Positions 57,948 through 64,000 of a stretch of 64,000 nt of DNA are shown piece after piece. The position numbers were made by a program, and so were the translations under genes. The stretch's first letter is position 1. Each line of letters begins with the position of its first letter. The DNA lies in NCBI GenBank assembly GCA_963674865.2, contig CAXXYE010000003.1, positions 1-64,000 of the forward strand, given 5' to 3'. The notes beneath the pieces are model-generated. The model did not search any database, was not told the origin of the DNA, and saw nothing but the letters and a program-made list of their open reading frames with translations. The DNA comes from Candidatus Hydrogenedentota bacterium (GTDB lineage: Bacteria > Hydrogenedentota > Hydrogenedentia > Hydrogenedentales > SLHB01).

Positions 57948-58208
57948 CTACGGGTGGTCAAAGACCATTTTCTGGACTTCGACGCCCTCGATGGCGGTAA
58001 GGTCTTTGGCCAGGGCGTCGCAGGCCGCATCATCATCGACGATCTCCAGGATGATCAAGCCGTTGGGCGAGCAGACATTGCTGCTGGTTTCATGGAGTCC
58101 GAGGCGGGTGCGGATGACGTCGCCATGCTGGGTGAAGGCATCCTGCACTGAGCCGGCGCGTTTGACGCGATCCGTGATGTGTACACCGAGAACGTAGTGT
58201 TTGTCCAT
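57948..58208 (-). CDS. Small ACT-like protein (TM1266-like, iron-only hydrogenase associated)
   Basis: GVHITDR...VQDAFTQHGDVIRTRLGL, adjacent to hydG. Confidence 0.7.
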   Translation of the reverse strand: MDKHYVLGVHITDRVKRAGSVQDAFTQHGDVIRTRLGLHETSSNVCSPNGLIILEIVDDDAACDALAKDLTAIEGVEVQKMVFDHP

Positions 58209-58290
58209 GTGCCTATCTCCTTACGCTACAGGTTTCTACTGGTGTGCGTCATCCTGATGGGCCATTATCAGAGAAGGACGCGCAAGCGTA

Positions 58291-58357
58291 GCAAAAAAAG
58301 GACTGACGCATGCGAGTCCGCCAAAGGCGGACGAGACGTGTCTGTCCCTTTTCTTGC
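58291..58357. repeat. REP-like element, family A (reverse orientation)
   Basis: ggactgacgca...gtccgccaaaggcggacgagacgtgtctgtccc. Confidence 0.7.
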
Positions 58358-58400
58358 GAAACGAGTTCTGCATAATGGCCATTAACTCCAAAGCGCCCCC

Positions 58401-59813
58401 CTAGCAGAAGATGTCCCGCTGGCCTTCGCGAACTCGCTCGAGCAGCTTGCGGGATGTCTCCCGCGGCTTCGCCTCCATACGGCGGAGCGTCTCCTCGATC
58501 AGCCGCTCTCCAACAACTTGCGTCTCCGGGCTGCCGTAGTCGAGCAGGTACTCCTGGAAAGTGGACAGGGCGTTCGGGTCGCAGTGTTCCTTGATTTTCC
58601 CCGGCTTGGCCAAGTCCATGAAGTCCATGCCCGTGCGGCCAAGGCGGTAGCATGCCGTGCAGAACGAGGGAATGTAGCCGAGCGAGGCCACGTCTCGGAT
58701 GACCTCATCGAGAGGCCGGTGGTCGCCAAGTTGGAACTGGCTGCTGTCCTCGACGTCTTCCGCGTAGCCGCCGGGATTAGTGCGGCTGCCCGCGGAGATC
58801 TGGGATACGCCGAGGGCGAAGGTTTCGCGCCGGATGTTGGGCGTTTCGCGCGTGGACATAATGATGCCCGTGTAAGGTACCGTCAGCCGCAGAATGGCTA
58901 CGATTTTCCGAAAGTCGATGTCGGAGACGGGCATGGGTGGCTGGCTGGCCAACTGGGCGCCCACCGCAGGTTCAAGCCGCGGCACGCTGATGGTGTGCGG
59001 CCCCACGCCGAAGAGCTTCTCGAGATGGCGGATGTGCTGCATCATGGCGAGGATCTCAAACCGCCAGTCAGCCAATCCAAACAGCACTCCGATGCCTACG
59101 TCGTCAATGCCGGCTTCCATAGCGCGATCCATGGCGGTAACACGCCAGTCGTAATCGGCCTTTTTCCCCGCAACGTGGACGCGCTCATAGGTTTCCCGGT
59201 GATACGTCTCCTGGAAGAGCTGGTAGGTGCCGATTTCCGCCGCCTTGAGCTGCCGGAATTCCTCGACGCTCAACGGCGCGACGTTCACATTGACGCGCCG
59301 GATTTCCCCGTGCCCCTTCTTGGTGCCATAGATCGTGCCAACGGTCTTCAGGACGTAGTTGAAGCCCTCTTGGGGATAGGACTCACCCGCCACGAGCAGG
59401 ATGCGCTTGTGCCCTTGCTCGATGAGGATGGTGACCTCCCGGGCGATCTCCTCCTGAGTCAGCGCGCGTCGCTGCACTTCCTTGTTGCGGGCGCGGAAGG
59501 CGCAGTAGAGGCACTCGTTGGCGCAGAGATTGGAAATGTATAGAGGCGCGAACAACACGAGGCGCTGCCCGTAGATCGTCTCCTTTACGTACCGCGCCGC
59601 ATCAAAGAGTTCGCTGAGGAGTTCGGGATCGCTGATGCCCGTCAGGACGGCCGTCTCCTCCATATCGAGTCCCTTGAGTTCGCGTGATTTCGCGAGTACC
59701 TCGCGAACGCGCGCGGCATCGCGCACGTTTCCGGCTTCGAGGGCTTGGTTGACGCCGGGTTCGTCGATAGGCACCGTGCCGTATTCGGATGTCTTCCCGA
59801 TAGTGGTAGTCAT
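58401..59813 (-). CDS. hydG: [FeFe]-hydrogenase maturase HydG
   Basis: FAPLYISNLCANECLYC, GVGPHTISVPR and the C-terminal PSFCTACYR...HCDPNA cluster motif. Confidence 0.96.
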   Translation of the reverse strand: MTTTIGKTSEYGTVPIDEPGVNQALEAGNVRDAARVREVLAKSRELKGLDMEETAVLTGISDPELLSELFDAARYVKETIYGQRLVLFAPLYISNLCANECLYCAFRARNKEVQRRALTQEEIAREVTILIEQGHKRILLVAGESYPQEGFNYVLKTVGTIYGTKKGHGEIRRVNVNVAPLSVEEFRQLKAAEIGTYQLFQETYHRETYERVHVAGKKADYDWRVTAMDRAMEAGIDDVGIGVLFGLADWRFEILAMMQHIRHLEKLFGVGPHTISVPRLEPAVGAQLASQPPMPVSDIDFRKIVAILRLTVPYTGIIMSTRETPNIRRETFALGVSQISAGSRTNPGGYAEDVEDSSQFQLGDHRPLDEVIRDVASLGYIPSFCTACYRLGRTGMDFMDLAKPGKIKEHCDPNALSTFQEYLLDYGSPETQVVGERLIEETLRRMEAKPRETSRKLLERVREGQRDIFC

Positions 59814-61141
59814 GAGGCACCTTCCTGAATCAAAGTATCGCCGGACGGGGCCAGCGGTTGGGGGATTTCAAACCAGAACTCGGCCCACTGCCCGGGCTCG
59901 GAGCGCGCGTCTATCATACCATGATGGAGCCGAATGATGCGCCAACAGGTGTACAATCCCACGCCTGTGCCTTTCTCCTTCAGGAGCTCGGGCGTTGTGA
60001 GTCTGGAGAACTTCCGAAATAGCTTGGAGCGTTCGCTGGGAGGGAACCCCGGCCCTTCATTGCGCACGCTTACCTTCAGCGCGGTATCGCTCCGCGATAC
60101 CGCGAGTTGGACAAGGCCGCCGTGTTTCCCGTACTTGACGGCATTGCCGAGCAGATTGACGGCGACGATCTTTAGCAAGCGCGGATCGCACTCGACGGGC
60201 GGCAGGTTCTCCGCGATATCGCGTTCGAGCCGCATCTCCTTCTCCTGGAGGGCCGGCTCGATCACCTCAACAGCCGGTTCAAGGACTGTCTTGACAAGGT
60301 CGACGTTCTTTTCCGGCGACGCCTCCAGTTGGCCTCCCTCGATCTGGGCCAGATTGAGGTAGTCCCGGGCCAGATCCAGCACGAATTGGGCCTTACGAAT
60401 CATGCGTTCGACCACGGCATGATGCTCCGGCGCCATGGGCCCGAAGTAGTCCTCGGTGAGGGCGTAGCCATCCGTCATGATAGAAGCGAGCGGATTCTTG
60501 AGCTCGTGGCTCACGAAACCGAGCATCTCGAAATAGGCCTTGTTTGCGGCGGCAAGCTGTTCGATGCGATAGGCCTTCTCGACGGCCTGGCTCAAGCGCT
60601 CCGCCACGTCAAGATGCATCCGTACCTGGTGCTCGTTGTAGGTTTTGGCTTGCCGGGAACTCCTGAACATGACGCCAACGATGCGGCCGTCCACGCGCAG
60701 GGGGCAGGTCATGCTGGAGCGGACTCCCTCACGTACCAGGAGCTTTGTCGAGGCGCTGTCCGGATGATCGGCGAGATAGGTTTCCAGGTCGTTGATGATG
60801 CGGACGGTCCCTTGCTCCAACAGCGCCTTGAGCGAGCCGCGACGCAATTCTTCGGAGTAGCCCTTCGCGAGGACAAGCGGCTCGTAGAGGGCGCGCGCCC
60901 AATGCGCCGTGATCCGGACCCCCTCGTCTTCGAGAAAGGCAAGTCCGATCCGATCACACGGGCATATATCGCGCGTCGACGCGAACAGAAAGTCCATGAT
61001 CTCCTCGAGGGACTCCGCTCCGGCGATCCGTTGATTGATGGCGTCCAGGACGTCTCGTTCACGGGCCGCCAGCGGCGCCTCGGAAAGGCCGGGCTCCGTT
61101 GGATCGATGTAGCGCAGGTTGCCGTTGTCGGACGTAATCAT
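59810..61141 (-). CDS. Cytoplasmic GAF-domain histidine kinase
   Basis: GAF (EGVRSSMTCPL), then HELKNPL, NLLGNAVKY and GTGVGL. Confidence 0.88.
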   Translation of the reverse strand: MITSDNGNLRYIDPTEPGLSEAPLAARERDVLDAINQRIAGAESLEEIMDFLFASTRDICPCDRIGLAFLEDEGVRITAHWARALYEPLVLAKGYSEELRRGSLKALLEQGTVRIINDLETYLADHPDSASTKLLVREGVRSSMTCPLRVDGRIVGVMFRSSRQAKTYNEHQVRMHLDVAERLSQAVEKAYRIEQLAAANKAYFEMLGFVSHELKNPLASIMTDGYALTEDYFGPMAPEHHAVVERMIRKAQFVLDLARDYLNLAQIEGGQLEASPEKNVDLVKTVLEPAVEVIEPALQEKEMRLERDIAENLPPVECDPRLLKIVAVNLLGNAVKYGKHGGLVQLAVSRSDTALKVSVRNEGPGFPPSERSKLFRKFSRLTTPELLKEKGTGVGLYTCWRIIRLHHGMIDARSEPGQWAEFWFEIPQPLAPSGDTLIQEGAS

Positions 61142-61301
61142 GTCTTTCCTAACACGATGCCGGGGCTAGCGGCGTTCTCCATGCGGACTCTCTGAGCCGA
61201 GATTCGGCGTGCCCACGAACATAGGCGGGATGACTGCCGCATACCACACAACTTCCCTTGTTATAACAAAGCGCCTCGTCAGGCCATTCCACAAAGACGA
61301 A

Positions 61302-61334
61302 GATGCCGGACGAGCATATCACCCGTCCGGCATC
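61302..61334 (-). terminator. Hairpin downstream of the hydrogenase gene
   Basis: gatgccggacg-agcatatcacc-cgtccggcatc. Confidence 0.55.
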
Positions 61335-61364
61335 TTGGCGTAATAGGTTCTTTCGACTACGCCG

Positions 61365-63296
61365 TTAGGCGATATACTTCCCTCGCGGCGTGTAGTGCGT
61401 GTGCAGGAGCTTGTGGCTCAGATGCGAGCACGGCCCCTCCGTCAGGAACTTCGCGTAAATCTCGGCGATTGCCGGATTCTCGTACGACTTGCGGACCTCG
61501 GAGGCGGTGTCCTCGGCGTAGATCGCCTTGGCGCGCTGCGCGCGGATTTCCGGACTCGTCGGAATCGGCTGTCCGCCGCCGCCCAAGCACCCGCCGGGGC
61601 AGGCCATGAACTCGATGAAGTGGCACTCGCTGAACTTGCCGCCCGCCTTGATATCGTCCATCACCTTCTTGGCATTGGCCGTACCGTGCGCGACGCCTAC
61701 CTTGAGCGTGGCTCCCTTGAGCCATTCCCAATTCGGCACGAGATTCTTCAGCAGGTCCGGCACCGGCCCTACGTCTTTGATAGGCAGTTCCACATAGCGA
61801 ACGCCCTCGAATCCGCGAACGGGAATGATGTCGGCGTGCTCGAACAGGTTCTCGACCTTGACGCCGCACACAAGTTCAATAACCGTACGCAGCGCGGACT
61901 CCATGACGCCGCCCGTGGCGCCGAAGATGACGCCCGACCCGGTGGCCGTGCCGAAGGGGTCGTCGAAGTCGGACTTAGGGATATCCGGCAGATGGATGCC
62001 CGCTTCGCTGATCATCTGGGCCAGTTCGCGCGTGGTCAGGCCGTAATCGATGTCCTTGTAGCCGCTGTCGCACATCTCGGGGCGGTTGCACTCGTACTTC
62101 TTCGCCGAGCACGGCATCAACGCCACCGTCACGATGTCTTTCGGATCGATGTTGTTGATCTGCGCGTAATACGTCTTGATTACCGCGCCGAACATCTGCT
62201 GCGGACTCTTCGCGGACGAGACGTGGTCAAGGTACTCCGGATAGAAGTGCTCGATGAATTTGACCCAGCCGGGCGAACAGCTCGTGAACTGAGGCAAGGC
62301 CGCGGACTCGTCCTTCTCGACCAGCGCCTTGTAAAGGCGCAGCAGCAACTCCGTGCCCTCCTCAATAATGGTGAGGTCGGCTGTGAAGTTCGTGTCGAAG
62401 ATCTTGTTGAATCCGCACAGGCGGAGGGCCGTGTTCATCTCGAAGGTCAGTGCGTGGCCCGGCTCGAGCCCGAAGCACTCGCCGATGCCCGCGCGCGGAC
62501 TTGGCGCCGTCTGGATAACGACGTGCTTGGTGGGATCGTCGATGGCCGCCCAAACTTCATCCGTCGGGTCGTTGGCCCGCAATGCACCCGTCGGACAGCG
62601 GTTGATGCACTGGCCGCAGTTGATGCAGACCACGTCGGCCAACGGCTTGTCCTTGAACGTGACGATCTTCGTCTCGGCCCCGCGGTTGGCGGCCTCCAAC
62701 ACGCCGACCTCCTGGAGATCGATGCACGTGCGGACACAGCGCCGGCACAGGATGCACTTGTTCATATCCCGCACGACGGAGTAGCTCGAGCGGTCGAGTT
62801 CGCACAGCGGCTCATCAGGGTGGCCAAACCGGAAGAAATCGACGCCGTACTCTTTGGCCAGACTCTGCAACTCACAATTGTTATTGCGGAAGCAGGCGTA
62901 GCACTCGCCATAGTGCTTCGACAGGAGCAGGTCAAGAATGTGCCTGCGCGCCTGCCGGACCTTTCGCGTATGCGTGTGAACCGTGATGGGCGCCGTGATC
63001 GGATAGGCGCAAGACGCCTGAAGCGTCCGCTGGCCCTCGACCTCTACGACGCACACACGGCAGACGCCCGCTACACAGAGGTCATCGTGATGACACAAGG
63101 TCGGGATACGGATGCCCAAGGACTTGGCCGCCTCGAGGATTGTCGTACCGATAGGGACCTTGATCTTCTGGCCGTCGATGACCACCGAGACTTGTGCCCC
63201 GATGGCGCCCATGTCCGCCGGGGCTTCCATCTTCTTCGCCCGCTGACTCACTGGAGCGCGGGAGTCTTTGTTGTCAACAGGTTTCTTGTCGGTCAT
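61365..63296 (-). CDS. hydA: [FeFe]-hydrogenase catalytic subunit (multimeric, NAD(P)-linked/bifurcating type)
   Basis: 2Fe-2S, His-ligated 4Fe-4S and 2x4Fe-4S domains; H-cluster motifs TSCSPGW, MPCSAKKYE and EFMACPGGCLGGGG. Confidence 0.95.
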   Translation of the reverse strand: MTDKKPVDNKDSRAPVSQRAKKMEAPADMGAIGAQVSVVIDGQKIKVPIGTTILEAAKSLGIRIPTLCHHDDLCVAGVCRVCVVEVEGQRTLQASCAYPITAPITVHTHTRKVRQARRHILDLLLSKHYGECYACFRNNNCELQSLAKEYGVDFFRFGHPDEPLCELDRSSYSVVRDMNKCILCRRCVRTCIDLQEVGVLEAANRGAETKIVTFKDKPLADVVCINCGQCINRCPTGALRANDPTDEVWAAIDDPTKHVVIQTAPSPRAGIGECFGLEPGHALTFEMNTALRLCGFNKIFDTNFTADLTIIEEGTELLLRLYKALVEKDESAALPQFTSCSPGWVKFIEHFYPEYLDHVSSAKSPQQMFGAVIKTYYAQINNIDPKDIVTVALMPCSAKKYECNRPEMCDSGYKDIDYGLTTRELAQMISEAGIHLPDIPKSDFDDPFGTATGSGVIFGATGGVMESALRTVIELVCGVKVENLFEHADIIPVRGFEGVRYVELPIKDVGPVPDLLKNLVPNWEWLKGATLKVGVAHGTANAKKVMDDIKAGGKFSECHFIEFMACPGGCLGGGGQPIPTSPEIRAQRAKAIYAEDTASEVRKSYENPAIAEIYAKFLTEGPCSHLSHKLLHTHYTPRGKYIA

Positions 63297-63315
63297 GCTC
63301 AACTCCTCGGGCCTG

Positions 63316-64000
63316 TCACACAGGCTGCTGGCACCGGCCCATGATTTCATCCTTAAAATGCTTCACGATCGAAAGAAAGGCGTTCGGACTGGACTGGCCG
63401 AGGCCGCATTTGGAGGCCAGTTGCATGGTTTCGCCGAGGGCGCCCAGTTCGCGGAGATACTGCATCGAGCATCGACCTTCCTTGAGCATCTCGACCCCTT
63501 CAAGCAACTTGACGTTTCCTTCGCGGCAGGGCGTGCATTGTCCGCATGACTCCTCGACGAAGAACTCGAGGAAGTTCAACGCCACGTCAAGCATGTCGCG
63601 CTCCGGCCCGAACACAATGATGGAGCCGCCGGTGGGGATGTCCTCATACGCGATAGCACGGGAGAACTCCGAGGCCGGCACACAGTGCCCCGAGGCGCCG
63701 CCGACTTGCACCGCTTTGGCGCTTTCTCCGCCCACTTCCTTGAGCAGTTGGGCGACGGTGATGCCCATCGGAAACTCGTAAACGCCGGGATCCGCGCAGT
63801 CGCCGGACACGCTGAAAAGCTTCAGGCCGGTCGACTTCTCCGTACCAATGGCTTTGAACCAATCGGCGCCTTTAGCAAGGATGCAGGAGATCCAGGCGAG
63901 GGTTTCAACGTTGTTTACGGCGGTTGCGTGGCCCATGAATCCCGTATCAACAGGGAACGGCGGCCGGTTGCGTGGCTCTCCACGCTGGCCTTCAAGCGAT
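63316..64000 (-). CDS. hydB: NuoF-like diaphorase subunit (HydB); 5' part outside the window
   Basis: VNNVETLA, GGASG, ESCGQCTPCREG and SKCGLG. Confidence 0.9.
   Translation of the reverse strand, partial: SLEGQRGEPRNRPPFPVDTGFMGHATAVNNVETLAWISCILAKGADWFKAIGTEKSTGLKLFSVSGDCADPGVYEFPMGITVAQLLKEVGGESAKAVQVGGASGHCVPASEFSRAIAYEDIPTGGSIIVFGPERDMLDVALNFLEFFVEESCGQCTPCREGNVKLLEGVEMLKEGRCSMQYLRELGALGETMQLASKCGLGQSSPNAFLSIVKHFKDEIMGRCQQPV

Noticed and set aside
24282..63344. Long antisense/shadow ORFs (e.g. 24282..25901, 28171..30603, 54741..56069, 61395..63344)
   Set aside because: They lie opposite well-supported genes and are expected from high-GC codon bias; they carry no motifs.

Overview
GC-rich chromosomal window from a probable anaerobe. 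The lineage cannot be fixed from sequence alone; gene content is compatible with Candidatus Hydrogenedentota (inference). Main blocks: (1) 3.6-13.8 kb, a compact and apparently intact phage-like virion operon (portal, head protease, LigD-PE-like/scaffold-position protein, decoration protein, HK97-type capsid, connector, Dit-like, Tal-like and tail-tip proteins, M15 endolysin, holin-like protein). It has no integrase, replication genes, large terminase, tail tube or tape measure, and host REP-like repeats lie between its genes, making it a candidate domesticated GTA-like or tail-less particle system. (2) Carbohydrate/uronate catabolic genes and a solo CIRCE-controlled groEL. (3) A complete type II-C CRISPR-Cas9 locus (about 1048-aa Cas9, cas1, cas2, tracrRNA, 12 spacers, repeat-embedded -10 boxes), cut at its distal end by a REP/TnpA remnant. 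(4) A URO-D-like / glycyl-radical enzyme / sulfatase operon with an atypical GRE active-site loop. (5) A multimeric [FeFe]-hydrogenase with hydE/F/G, interrupted by attC-like cassettes bracketed by a duplicated hydE 3' end and by a TPR-HEAT-WD40-ankyrin gene. The first ~1.2 kb has several frameshifts, probably sequence errors. All calls are from motif recognition; no database search was run.
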